A stretch of 64,000 bases of DNA from Mobula hypostoma (lineage: Eukaryota), in the NCBI RefSeq assembly GCF_963921235.1, contig NC_086108.1, positions 59,646,001 to 59,710,000 of the forward strand, read 5' to 3'. Position numbers and translations under genes: made by a program. This document shows positions 11,631-24,333 of this stretch, piece by piece. The notes under the pieces are model-generated. The model made no database searches. It saw only the letters and a program-made list of their open reading frames with translations, and was not told the DNA's origin. How positions within the stretch are numbered: the stretch's first letter is position 1; each line of letters opens with the position of its first letter.

Positions 11631-13211
11631 CCAGTGTTTATAAATTAGGCAGGTTGTCCAGTTTTAATTTAAAAGTGCAAGGTTTTGCAATTCTCTATGC
11701 TTTTTATCATTTAAAATTATCTTGCCTTAATTCATTCTGAGGTTTCTCCCTCATTGATTCCACCATCTTTCCCTTATTTGGTATCATTTAAAATGGTATC
11801 GAGCTTCTGAAGGCATGTTATCTGACTACAAACTGTGGCTTTGCCACTTGAAGGATCCACTCTCCTGTGAGCTGAGTCAGTATTTACTCTATGCAGACAA
11901 GGGTTCCAATTTCAGTACCTCCGCAGGCCTTCCACTCATAATTCCCATCATTTTGGGAGCCAAAATAAGCCTGCAAAACATTCCAATGAAGCCAGACAAC
12001 TAGAACAATGATAAAATATTCATACTTACATAAAGCCATTGCAGTCCAAATCAATTAAAGTCAGTGGAGAACTTTCATCAGATATAACAAAGTGCCTGTT
12101 GTTCAGATAGATTCCCCAATGTAAACAGTGTGACAAAACTGCAGACAGTTGTCAGGAAGTTTGGGACTTGTATGTTCACTCATGGATGTGACAGAATCTC
12201 ACATTTCCTGGCACTTGTGTTAGGAAATGTTGGCAGTTGATGCAGAACATTCACCTGCTTCTATCTTATCTTATCTCATCATTGAGTTCCTCATTCTATC
12301 GGTGCTTAGTTGGACTTCATGCTGGTCTTTGCAAATACTGTGGCCATATCACCATCTAATATTGAGGATTTATTTGCTTTAATACTTATAGCTTGTTCAA
12401 TACTTCAATCAGACATATTGGATGAATGTTCTGTCAACGTATCTTTGAGAAGACAGATTGTTTATAAGTCCCACTTTCTTGCCTTTGTATAGTTCTGAAA
12501 ATGGCCTTTTTATTCATAATCACAAATGGCCCATAACCATAAATGAGTTCAAGACGTAATAAAGATATTAGCATTTTAGGGCATCAGGCTGAAGATAGGT
12601 GAGAACAAGATAATAAATTGAAACAAATTAGGTTTAAAGATGGTGAAATTTTCACTCGTGAAAGTGAAGCAGCTGATTTGGAGAAGTCTTGAGTGTTCCC
12701 ATATGATGTAACAGGACCTAGTCTCTGTTATCGCTTTACCAACTGTCAGTTTGCCCCTAGTCAATCCCATTGTAACAAAGCCTGAGTGTCTTGGGTCTCA
12801 TCGTTCAGACTCATGGTAGGAACTCTGACCTCACATCTGCTCTGGTGGATCTATTAGCACAAACCTGTTAACTTTAAAGGAAATACAGACTGGGGAAATT
12901 ACTCGTAGGTGCTTCTTCTCTGCTCACTTTGTCAGAGGTCCAGTGAAGCTCTCTTTCCATACAGAAGAATGGTTCTTGTCTCACTTCCAGTAGTTTTAAG
13001 ATAGCACAGCAAGAAGCACTGCAAGGAGAAACCAAAACCTTCTGTAGCTAAAACTTTGTTCCAGTTGAAACTGAATATGCTGTGCAATGAACAATGCTGT
13101 ATTTTATTAAACATCTAAGCCAGATCAATGCATAGCAGTGTAGTGTTATTCTACCAGATTATTAAGAGAGGTTTGGATGATGCCAGCTTAAAATGATTGA
13201 TTCACTAACAT

Positions 13212-13780
13212 TCCATATAACCATATAACAATTACAGCACAGAAACAGGCCATCTCGGCCCTTCTAGTCCGTGCCGAATTCTTACTCTCACCTAGTCCCA
13301 CCGACCTGCACTCAGCCCATAACCCTCCATTCCTTTCCTGTTCATATATCTATCCAATTTAACTTTAAACGACAACATCGAACCTGCCTCAACCACTTCT
13401 GCTGGAAGCTCGTTCCACACAGCTACCACTCTCTGAGTAAAGAAGTTCCCCCTCATGTTACCCCTAAACTTTTGCCCTTTAACTCTCAACTCACGTCCTC
13501 TTGTTTGAATCTCCCCCACTCTCAACGGAAAAAGCCTATCCACGTCAACTCTATCTATCCCTCTCATAATTTTGAATACCTCTATCAAGTCCCCCCTCAA
13601 TCTTCTACACTCCAAAGAATAAAGACCTAACTTGTTCAACCTTTCTCTGTAACTTAGATGAAACCCAGGCAACGTTTTAGTAAGTCTCCTCTGTACCCTC
13701 TCAATTTTATTGACATCTTTCCTATAATTCGGTGACCAGAACTGTACACAATACTCCAAATTTAGCCTCACCAGTGCCTT
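13212..13780 (-). mobile_element. Young 5'-truncated CR1 3' fragment
   Basis: ORF 13292-13771 LEYCVQFWSP...RRLRGDLIEVFKI...FFTQRVV; ccatataa x2 tail. Confidence 0.92.
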
Positions 13781-15744
13781 AGAGAAACAAAAGTATAATT
13801 CTTACCCAGGCCTAAATGTGCCTTTAATTTCATACTCCTGGTTCGCAACCTTCTGAAATAATGAATTTCTCACACCACCATTCAGGATATTTAAGGGAGG
13901 CAATAAATGCTGTCCATGCAAGCAATATTAGCAGCTTTGAAAACATCCTGTTAAGAAAAATTTAGAGCCTTGTGGCGATATGAATGAAAACTTTCTCACT
14001 GCCAGGTCTGAAGGCCAACAACACAAGAGTCCAGTGACCTGAACAAGGAGCAACTATTCTTCATTCTCATCCTTTGGCACCAGCACAGTCACCACTCTGT
14101 AGCTGACAGCCCTCTCGTATCACTTAGCAACTCGTGCTGAAATGCTGCTCTTCAGCTGATATTGTTGAGGGAAAAGATGCTGTCAATATGCAGGATGTTT
14201 TGAGAAATGACCAGATGAAATATGTACTTAATAATTACATTAATTATTAAGCACTTCTAGATAATTAGCACATGGAGTATCATGGTGCATAGCAGGCCAT
14301 GTTAGGGATAGAAAGCTGGAAGTTTGAAATGCAGGAGCCAATAGAAACGAGATAAATTACCCAGTTAATGTGTAAATCAGATGCTGCTTGAGAGAGAACT
14401 CTTTGATTACGCTTTGAAGACGGAAATGACATGGAATTCTTAATATCACTTGTACAAGCAGACGCAGTTGGACAAGCTTCCTTTGCCTGATATTTGAATT
14501 ATCAATGGAGCAATGAGTGTGAAAGAAAATCAGGTGGAATTGGAACAGTCCATCTGCACCTCATGACCACGCACCAGCCAGAGCTTGTTTCAACAACAAG
14601 GACTGCTTGAAACACAGTTCATTTATAAAACCTCATTCCAGCACAGGTCTGCTGTGCATTTACTTTCTGGGAAGTGATTTCAGCAAGTACTTCAGAGGGA
14701 AAAGGGAAAAGGAAAAAAGAAAAATTATTGGTTGAGCACAATTACTTTACTCTCTCAGTCAGAGAGACATGTGGAATTGAGCACTAGAAAGCAGCCAGCT
14801 GACAACAAATCAATCCCTGGTGGATATCTGGTAAGAGAATAGCTGGACAACTGTGACACTGAGTACAAATTAATTTGTGAAAGCATGGATCTTATTTGAA
14901 AGTAAGGAGAGGAAAATTGGACTTAGTCTGTGCTGCATTGCTTCAGAATGACAGCAGTGCTCTGTGGACATACTGGTGCCATGAAGTGACGATGATTCAG
15001 AAGAAACCAACTAAAGTGAAATTCAGAATGTATTTTATCATGACATCTGATACACAAGTCATTTCTAGCACATATTGATCTCATAACTGTTAGGATTGCA
15101 ATGTAAGTGACAAGACATTGCTATTTCTGAAAATACTGACCCATTTGAAGGAATCGGCAGATTTTCATCAGCAGTCATTTTATCTGTATGCTTTCAAACC
15201 AATGTGGAGTTTCTTGGTCACTGGCTTATGAAGTGCTGAACCATCCAATGGGAAAGATTGTCAGGGTAAACCTATGCTTGTTTACACTTGAATGATGAAT
15301 AAGCACAGGCACAAACCAGTTGGACCCATAAATTTTATGTGACATAAGTAGCAAATTGTGCTTTAAGATAAATTTGAAAAACTGCTGAAATATTCTTTCA
15401 ATAGCCACTTTGCCCTTTCTTCCCCAAAATACCTGAGAACCTTAGTGAGAGGTGAAATTGTTCAGAACAATAACCAAAGGCTAGAACACACTGGGATCAT
15501 GCTGATAAAGTTTTAGGATGAATCCAGGCAACCACTAAGCAAAATCTTCCTCTGTAACTGTGCACTGCCAGACTCAAGTGGAACGCAGGTGCTAATAAAC
15601 TTCTGGCTCCATTGAACTGAATACTTCTCTGTTTGGCAAGATAACAGACTGCAGCTTCTGCTTAATACTATGACACCAAACTATAACCCCAATCCATTTT
15701 ATTGGGTTAGGATATGCAAGATATTCTACCATTGAGAGAGAGTT

Positions 15745-15900
15745 GCACAGAACGTAGCATTGCTACCTCTGAGCTCCAGATGTTTGGCTATGATCCTGAC
15801 ACAGGGAGCATTATGTGTAAAGTTTCTTCATTCTCCCTGCAAGCGATTAAGTTTCCTCCACATACTCTGGTGTGCTCTCTGTGGGTTAAATAGCCATTAT
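15745..15900 (+). mobile_element. Degenerate V-SINE/HE1-like SINE
   Basis: tgtgtaaagtttcttcattctccctg...gtttcctccacatactctgg resembles the V domain. Confidence 0.5.
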
Positions 15901-15956
15901 AAATTAGTTCTTGTGAAATCAAAAGGGATCTAATAAAATACTACTTATTTTAACTT

Positions 15957-16079
15957 CAAGCAACACACATCAAAGTTGCTGGTGAACGCAGCAGGCCAGG
16001 CAGCATCTCTAGGAAGAGGTACAGTCGACGTTTCAGGCCGAGACCCCTCGTCAGGACTAACTGAAGGAAGAGTTGGTAA
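15957..16079 (-). mobile_element. Short PLE pLTR insertion with perfect 14-bp TSD
   Basis: acttattttaactt at 15943-15956 and 16080-16093. Confidence 0.9.
16023..16058 (-). ncRNA. Minimal type-I hammerhead ribozyme motif
   Basis: Minus strand AGTC-CTGACGA-GGG gtctcgg CCT-GAAAC-GTC-GACT; one substitution versus the 1441 copy (G-U at base of stem II). Confidence 0.78.
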
Positions 16080-16235
16080 ACTTATTTTAACTTACTTATT
16101 TAATAGACATATATATACTTAGTGTAATTCACTTTTTTCCATCTATATTTATTTATCATGTATTTCATTGTACTGCTGCTGGTTAACAAATTTCATGACA
16201 TAGGGTGATGGTATTTAACCAGATTCTGATTCTGA
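16080..16235 (+). mobile_element. Rex1-like LINE 3' UTR tail
   Basis: tgtactgctgc...acaaatttcatgaca...gattctgattctga; same tail type at 22597, ~31100 and ~45080. Confidence 0.55.
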
Positions 16236-17942
16236 CAATGAAATACCAAGTCACAGGCTGACAGATAAAATAAAGGAAAGCAGAAAGGGACTAATGGAAT
16301 TTCTTTGATTTCTTTGCTGAGAGCTAGTATGGAATTGATAGGCTTATTGGACGCCTTTTGTGTCACAGAAAAAGAAACGTTGATGTGTTAGTTATAATGC
16401 ATTGGCCTCTAGCTCCAGCTCCAGCCTGGACCTTGGCTGTCAGCAAGTACAGGCCAAATCATTTCTCGCTGCTGTTGGGCTCCCGGGGCTCCCCTTGCTC
16501 CGCTGCCACTCTCCAACCCTGGCTCTTGGATCCTCAGAGCCTTCATCTTCCTCCCACCCTATCTTCTCTAAAAACACCATCCCTCCCCCTTCCCATGACA
16601 CCTCCAACCCTCCTCGCCACTTCAATCCCAGCTCTAATCACTCCCGTGTCATCTTCATTCCTGCCCACCTTCCCCTCTCTGACATGGAATGTTCTGGTCT
16701 CAGTGAGACCCCTTTGTCCACACCTCGGTGAGTTCCATGCCTAAAATTATGCTGAGCTCTTCTTCAGTTGCCTCCTCCTCCAAACCCACTTCTTCGGCAA
16801 GAATTCTATATCCCACACTGATGACCCCTTCTATCGTCTCCAACTCTCTTCCTCTTCTTGGACACCCTGCATTCATTTTCTGCCTGCCTTGGATCTTTTC
16901 ATCTCTAATTGCTGACAAGACATCTACCAGTTCAACTTCAGCGCTCCTCTCTAGTCCTCAAACTTTACCCCTTCTGAATGCACTCCTCTCCACTCTCTCC
17001 GCACTAATCCCAACCTTGACATCTAACCCACAGACAAACGGGGTGCTGTTATAATGTGGCAGACAGACCTCTACCTTACTGACACCAGGTGGCAACTCTC
17101 AGACACCTCCGCATACCTACCTCTTAAAGAGGACCCCACTCCAAACCATCAGAAAACTGTTTCCGACATCATCACTGACCTCATCAACTCTGGAGAACTC
17201 CCATCCACTGCCACCAAATTCATAGTTCCCTTACCCTGCACTGCTTGATTCTACAAATCTAAGTGTCTGGGAGACACATTGTCTCCGCCTGCTCCTGCCC
17301 CACTGAACTCGTGTCCTCATACCTCTCCTTTGTTCTGTCCCCCTTGATTCAGTCCCTTCCCACTTACATTGCAACTCTTCTCATCCTCTAGATCTCCTTG
17401 TTAACTTTCAATTCCCTGGCCCTTACTGTCACATTTTGTAACAATACTGTTACATTGGATGTCCAGTCCCTATATAATTCTGTCTTCCATCAAGAAGGCC
17501 TTATAGTTCTTTGTTTCTTTCTCAATAAAAGAGCTAATCAATTCCCCTCTGCCATCACCCTCCTCCATCCGGCAGAATTGGTCCTCACCCTCAGCAATTT
17601 CTCCTTCAGCTCCTTTTACCTTTTCTAAACTCAAGGGGAAGCCATGGGCAATGCCTTTTCACTGGCTCTGTAGAACAGACCATGTTCCAAGCCTTCCTCG
17701 ATAATGCTCGCCAAAGCTTCCTCCACTACATTGATGACTGCATTGGTGTTGCTTCATTCACCCATGTTGAGCTTGTCAATTTCATCAATTTTGCCTCCAA
17801 CTTCCATCCTGCCCTTAAATTCACTTGGTCCATTTCGGACACCTCCCTCCCCTTTCTTGAGCTTTTCGTATCCATCTCTGGAAACAAACTGCCAACTGAC
17901 ATCTTCTATAAACCTACTGATTCTCACAGTGATCTTGACTGA

Positions 17943-18105
17943 CATGTGGCTGTTGTGTCTTACGTTTGTACTATTTATTGTTATGTTTATTATTTAGTGT
18001 GTTTTTTATGTTATGATTAGACTGCTCCTGGGAAACGTTGTCTCATTCTGCCCTGCAGAGCTGATGTATGGTTAGAATGACAATAAAGTTTTTTTGAATC
18101 TTTGA
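17943..18105 (+). mobile_element. 5'-truncated LINE 3' UTR with ttgaatc tail inserted into the PLE
   Basis: 11-bp TSD atcttgactga at 17932-17942 and 18106-18116; aataaa before tail. Confidence 0.8.
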
Positions 18106-19200
18106 ATCTTGACTGAACCTCTTCCCACCCCACATCCTGTAAAAATGTCATTTCCTTTTTCAGTTCGTTCGTCACCACCACATCTATTTCCAGAATAAGA
18201 TTTTCCTTTCTGGAACATCAGAGATTTCCTCTTTCTTCAAAGAATGTGGTTTCCCTTCCTCCACCATTGATGCTGCCCTCACTTGCATCTCCTCAATTTC
18301 CCAGACATCCACATTCACCCCATCTTCCCACCACCTTAACAGTGATCACATTTGTTTTGTACTTACCTACCATCCTATGAGCTTCTGCATCCAATGCATC
18401 ATTCTCCACAACTTTCACCATCTGCAAAAGGATTCTACCACTAAACACTTCTTTACCTCTCCCCACGGTCTCTGCTTTTCACTGTGATCATTCCCTCCAT
18501 GATTTCCTTCCTGTTTCATCCCTCCCCACTAATCTCCCTCCTAGCTCATGTATCTGCCAGTGACAGAAATGCTGCACCTACCTCACTTCCACTCAGGGTC
18601 CCAAACAATCCTTGCAGGTGAGGCAACACTTCACCTGTGAATCTGCTGATGTCATTTATTGTTTGCAATGGTTCAGATGTACCACCCCCCTCCCAACTAT
18701 ATTTTGAGACCCGTCGTAGATCGTAGGTTTGGGGACTGCTTCACCAAGCATCTCTGCTCCATCCGCAAAAAGCAGAACTTCTTGGTGGCCCAACATTTTA
18801 ATTCTGATTCCCATTCCCATTCTGACATGTCGGTCAATGGCCTCCTCTTGCACTACGATGAAGCCACCATCAGAGTGGAGGAGCAATACCTTATATTCCA
18901 TCTGGGTAGCCTCCAACCTATTTGCATGAATGTCAATTTCTCCTTCCCATAATTTTTTCCCTTCCCTTCCTCTCTTTTTCTATTCCCCACTCAAGCCTCT
19001 TACCTCTTCTCACCTGCCTGTCAACTCTGTTTAGTGCTCTTCCTCCTTCCCTTTCTCCTTTGGTCCACTCTCCTCTCCTATCAGATTCCTTCATCTCTAG
19101 CCTTTTATCTTACCACCCACCTGGCTTCACCTATCACCTTCTAGCTATCCTCCTTCCCCTCCCCCCACCTTTCTATTCTGGCATCTTCCCCCTTCCCTTC

Positions 19201-19238
19201 CAGTCCTGAAGAAGGGTCTCAGCTGGAAAAGTCGACTG
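19201..19238 (+). ncRNA. Degenerate hammerhead motif in PLE pLTR
   Basis: CAGTC-CTGAAGA-agggtctcagctg-GAAAA-GTC-GACTG; stem I intact, stem II and ACGT palindrome damaged. Confidence 0.6.
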
Positions 19239-19809
19239 TTTGTTCATTTCCATAGATGCTGCCTAATCTGTTGAGTTCCTCCAGCATGTTGTGTGTAGTG
19301 CTTTAGATTTCTAGCATCTGCAGAATTTCTTGCGTCTATGATATGCTAGTTCAGCTATCCCAGGAGAACAGTAACACATTTAAACAAGTTGGAAGAGCTG
19401 TGGAGGAAAATACTTCAATCTTTTGGTCAGATGTGGTTAGGATATAGGTCATTATGGAATGGGGAAGGCTGCCACCATGTCCAATACACTATGCATTAAC
19501 ATCAGAGATTGATGGCTATTACCTCAGAGCCTACAGCTTCTGGTAATATTTAGATTGGTAGAGATAGCACCAACAAGAACAGAATATGATAATAGAACCT
19601 GATCCACAGTAGGTTATATTGGAAGACATATATTGATGAAAATATGGTAAAAAGTCAACATGTAGGCATAATTTTGCTCCTTTATCAATGCTTTTCTAAT
19701 GATAAAGTAAGGAAAATCCAACCCATTTGTGTCTATGGACCCAGTGGAATCTCTGAGCTCTAAATGAAGCTGATTTTGTGTGGACATAGCTTCAAATTCA
19801 ATCTGGTAA

Positions 19810-20292
19810 ATTGATGAATTGGCTTATTACTGGTACATGTTACAGTGGTAAGACTTATTTTGCAAGGCATCCATACAGATTATGTCATCACATCAGTGCA
19901 TTGAGGTAGTACAAGGGAAACAATAACATAACACAGAACAAATTACGGCAGTTACAGGGAACGTGTAGTATAGGTGGAAGGCCGTATCAAGGTAGATTGT
20001 GAAGTCAAGAATCCATCTTAGCTTTCTACAGAACTGTCCAATAGTGTTATAACAGTGGGTGAGGAATCACAACTGTCCTCGAGCCTGGAGGTACATGCTT
20101 TCAGGCTTATTATTTTCTGCCCGATAGGAGAAGGGAGAAGAGAAAATGTGCAGAGCGACAGGGTGACTGTGGTCTTTGATAATGTGGGCTATTTTTTCAA
20201 GGAACGAGAAGTGTAGAGAGAGTCCTTGGAGGGGTGGTCATTTTCTGTGATGTGCTGAGCTGTGTGCACAACTCTCTGCAGTTTCTTGTGGT
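19810..20292 (-). mobile_element. Rex1/Babar LINE 3' fragment
   Basis: HKKLQRVVHTAQHITENDHPSKDSLYTSR matches the 740-1231 element. Confidence 0.75.
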
Positions 20293-22729
20293 ATTCTATT
20301 AGCCTGGTCAATAAAACGGAGCATGTTGAATGATGAGGTGCTTTCCCTGTATCTGAAACGGCATTCATTTTTCTCAGACTGGGACTTAGAGCTAAACCCC
20401 AGGAACAAGAAACATGGAAAATACCCACTGTGAAACAAGTAATGCTGCATTTTAAAGCAAGTACAGGTTTTGGCATTTTTAATTATTGGAGACATGCTAA
20501 CTCTTGATCAACACAAAGGCACTTTCATAACTAAAAAGAGAGAATATTAGTTGGAGGATCCTGTTACAAAACATTCACTGCTGACCCCTGCCCACGTTTG
20601 ATGGCAACAAATTACTATAGGATTAGATTACACTCTGATGCTTTCATCTTTTATTTCCACCCAATGTGTGCTGGAAGAATTATTAAAATGTCAATGCTGT
20701 CTTTGGGAAATGGCCCAGGACAAAGACAACCCGATAAGTTAAACAGACAAGATCACTAATGCTTCAGATTTGATGATACTGTATTAAGTCCATATGTAAC
20801 AGTGAGTGGGTGTCTGTTAGTGACACGGGAGTGATAGTGAAACAAATTTGCAGACTGGATAAGGGCAGCTGATCTATAAAAGGGTTGTAGTCTGTGTGGA
20901 ATGAAACTCAGGTGACTGGTGAATTTGAAGCTAGAATAATTTCATAAATATTTTTGCAAATGGTGTCACCGGATAGGGACAGGAGCAGACTCATCTGTGC
21001 TGCTGTAACTAGCCTAAAGGAAAGAAAGGGTAAAGAATTCAAACTCAATCTAGACATAAAGGTTTAAAGTGGAATGAATGGCCAGTGAATAGGTTAAATG
21101 GGTAACAGATTAAAGAGCTTGATTCTGAATAAAATAATTTAAGTCTTTTCAGTGTTCACCTGGAAAAGTTTCTGGTTCTTTGACTTGGTGCTGGACAAAT
21201 AGCCCAACTTTATTGGAGAAGTAAGGACTTGGGTCCTGTTTGCAAACACCGTATAAATGAATCTGTACTGACTCATTACTTTTGCTGAGGGGAAGCAAAA
21301 ACAAGTGGTCTAGAGGTGACAAAGACAGGTAGAACTGATCCTTTGAGCCAAATAGAAGTGGACCCAGTGAAGGCAATCCTTTAAGTGTTGACCCTGAAAT
21401 AGGAGTTTTCAAAGTCAAGCATTAGGGACAATGTGTGAGTATCCTGTATTAATGCAAGCATCATTGGACTACATTTTCTCTGATTTAGTGCCCAGCTGCT
21501 GGAGTTATAAGGAAATAACTTATACATGAACTTTTTAAAAACACATATCTCATCTGATTACATATTTAGTCCTGCACCTACATCAAAATGTTCACCAATT
21601 TAGATTGGATGATTTTGTAGACAGGACATGTTACAACATTATTTTATCTCAAACATTTTGTCTGAATATTTGGATATGATACAAAGTATCATTTACAAAT
21701 TTTATAAGCTGGTTTTTTCATCTATGATATAATTGAATATGTATTGACCTAATCAATGTTGCATGCTCCAGTATTACGCTCTCTAATATTTGGTAATGGA
21801 CACAATCACAAAGTGTCAACACTATGTAATATTTACTGTATTCACCCAGTTTTGTTGGATAAATGCATTCTGCCAAACGGAATTGAAATTTGAGGACCCT
21901 ATATATTTGTCATTTGTGGAAAGAAGTTGAGAAAGAACTTGCATTTTGTTTTTCTAGGTACCAACACTATTATTGAGATGTTTTTGGATACCCACTTAAA
22001 ATGGAAATAAATTAGGATTCATTTTATTTTCTTGGTTTATATGGCTGCTGAGTTCTCTCGTTAGTTCAGTGAGTGTAACTTAGATCATGATGGTATAAGA
22101 TCAATCCCTGATTTATCACTAGGATGGGAAGCTGCTACATTTGGCTTTGAGGCTTTGACTAAGAAAGGGAAAAGTCAATAAAGTTTGCCCAGGTTGTTTT
22201 GTATTGAGGCAGATCTTTATTTCCGTGGTGATCCTAGAATAACAAGGACTGCATCTCTGACTAAGAAGTTAAATGGGTTTTCTTTATTCACAGCGTGACA
22301 GGAGCACAGAATAAGCTCATGAAGATGAACATCCTCTCACCAAGGGCAGATGAGTAGTGATGATAAAGATTATTCCCAAAGAATATTCATCACTTTGTGC
22401 AGGTAATCCATGCTTTATATCAGCTGAAGATGTCTTAGTCAATCAGAATGCTCATTGGAATGAAATAGCTCTTGTTGCCACTTTTAAATTCCATAGCCAT
22501 TGACTGCTTTGCCTGAGGAGCACTTGGCCTTCATGAAACACCACCACCATGAATTATCAGTGCGAGTTTAGGAGAAAGTCAGCACCAAAAGCATACCAGA
22601 ATCAGAATCAGAGTCAGGTTTATTATTCCTGTCTTTTATTAAATGAAGTTTGTTGTGTTGTAGCAGCAGTAAAGTTCAAAGACATAAAATTACTATAAAT
22701 TTCAAAACAGTGCACTTAAAAAAGGAATA

Positions 22730-24333
22730 CAGGTTCCCCCGTCATCCGAAGGTAGAGCGTTCCTATGAAACGGTTTGTAAGCCGAAATGCCGTAAAGCGA
22801 AGAAGCAATTACCATTTATTTATATAGGAAAATTTTGTGAGCGTTCGCAGACCCAAAAATAACCTACCAAGTCATGCCAAATAACACATAAAACCTAAAA
22901 TAACAATAACATATAGTAAAAGCAGGAATGATATGATAAATACACAGCCTATATAAAGTAGAAATACTTCTCTACAATGATTGCCTGCACAGATCTCTGT
23001 AGCGAAAATCTCACACAAGCGCTCTCAGCAGAAAATCTTACGCAAGCGTTGTTGGCATAAACGCGCTCTCCAGTAACCTTTAAACTATGAAGCTGCCAAA
23101 TCTACCAAATAACACGTAAAAATACACAGCCGATATAAAGTAGAAATAATGTATGTACAGTGTAGTACCACTTACCGGAATTGGGAAAACAGCGCCGAGC
23201 ACACTGATGATGGTGTGTTAGACTGAGTCGTTGAAGGCTGGGTGGTGCAGTGGCCCCCACCCTCCGGGCCGCCAGCCCGATACATTGCCACGAAGAATGC
23301 AGCAGTAGTCGGGAGGCACCCAGCACATCTTTAAGAAAAAAGCCGAAATAAATATGCTAACTAATTAGGTGCTGTCTGGCACGTAAGTGTCCGCGCAGAT
23401 CAGAGGCGATTGCCGATTGTATCGCCTCCGCTCTGGGCCGACAATTACGTGCTAGGCGGCACCTAATTAATTAGCATGTTTATTTCAGCTTTTTTCTTAA
23501 AGATGTGCTGTGTGCCTTCCGGCTCCCGCTGTGTTCTTCGTGAATCGGTACAGTATCTGTCCGGGGCCCAGGAGTTGGGGTGGTGGGACACGGGAGTGTC
23601 ATCTCATCGTCGATCAGGGCAGGCAGCTCATCTTCTCCTATGACTGCCCGCCTCGATGTCGAAGGTCGAGGTTCGTCGTCTGCTGTGGCTGATGTGGAAG
23701 GCTTGCTTGACTGCTGAGCCTTGCGCATTTTTCTATCATACAGTTATTTGTAAGCACTCAAACCAACCTGCAGATATCCCCTAAACCTATGTACCCTTTC
23801 AAGATTAAAGTCGTACTTTATCATTGCAGCGAAAATCTCACGCAGTTGCTTCACTTTCTGCATTCGGTTGCATTCAGTTTCGATTGTTATCCTTTCCTCT
23901 TCCAATTGCATCAGCTCTTCATCTATCAGTTCTTGGTCATGGGATGCCAAAACCTCTTCAATATCATTTTCGTCAACTTCCACAAGCCAAACTCACTTTA
24001 TCCTTGCTTCGTTCACCACGATCAAAATGCTTAATTATGTCTAGTTTTACGCTAAGTGTAACACCCTTACTCTTTCAGGCTTTTCCGACACCTTAGAACT
24101 CATCTTGCTAACGGCGGCTCAATGCAATGTGTTAAAGCAATGTCATTCCGAATCCGGGGGAGAGCGGCTGCTTGGGGCGCGCTCTGCCTTTTATCGCGCA
24201 CTGATTTTTTCGCGCGCTGCCTTTCTTTTTAACAGTGAAAACACCTTCTGAAAGCGAAAACAGGGTACTAATGTAGGTCTTTTATAACAGTGAGGTTTCG
24301 TAAAGCGGACGTTTGAAAAGAGGGGGACACCTG
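22730..24333 (-). mobile_element. Internally deleted Tigger/pogo DNA transposon
   Basis: TIRs caggttccccc / gggggacacctg; TA at 22728-22729 and CA (mutated TA) at 24334-24335; N-terminal VTLSVKLDIIKHFDRGE joined to C-terminal EVDENDIEEVLASHDQELIDEEL; catalytic domain absent. Confidence 0.88.
23289..23542. repeat. 254-bp imperfect palindrome inside Tigger
   Basis: cacgaagaa...gaggcgat [loop 23411-23420] atcgcctc...ttcttcgtg. Confidence 0.9.

Larger units (their letters stand above)
16400..19340 (+). mobile_element. Near-complete decayed Penelope-like element (RT + GIY-YIG + pLTR)
   Basis: MWQTDLYL (17054), TLDVQSLYNS (~17452), HYIDDCIG (~17724), LPFLE...TDIFYKPTDSH, GIY-YIG region FTCESADVIYC...RRFGDCFTKHL...VAQHFN (18629-18800), C/T-rich pLTR ending ctagcatctgcag; 5' limit approximate. 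Confidence 0.88.

Noticed and set aside
13890..13935. Possible DeuSINE/SacSINE-like tail (ggcaataaatgctg)
   Set aside because: Match too short and degenerate
22294..22402. Plus-strand exon-like segment (ttattcacAG...GTAATC)
   Set aside because: Stops in all three frames; no support as coding exon
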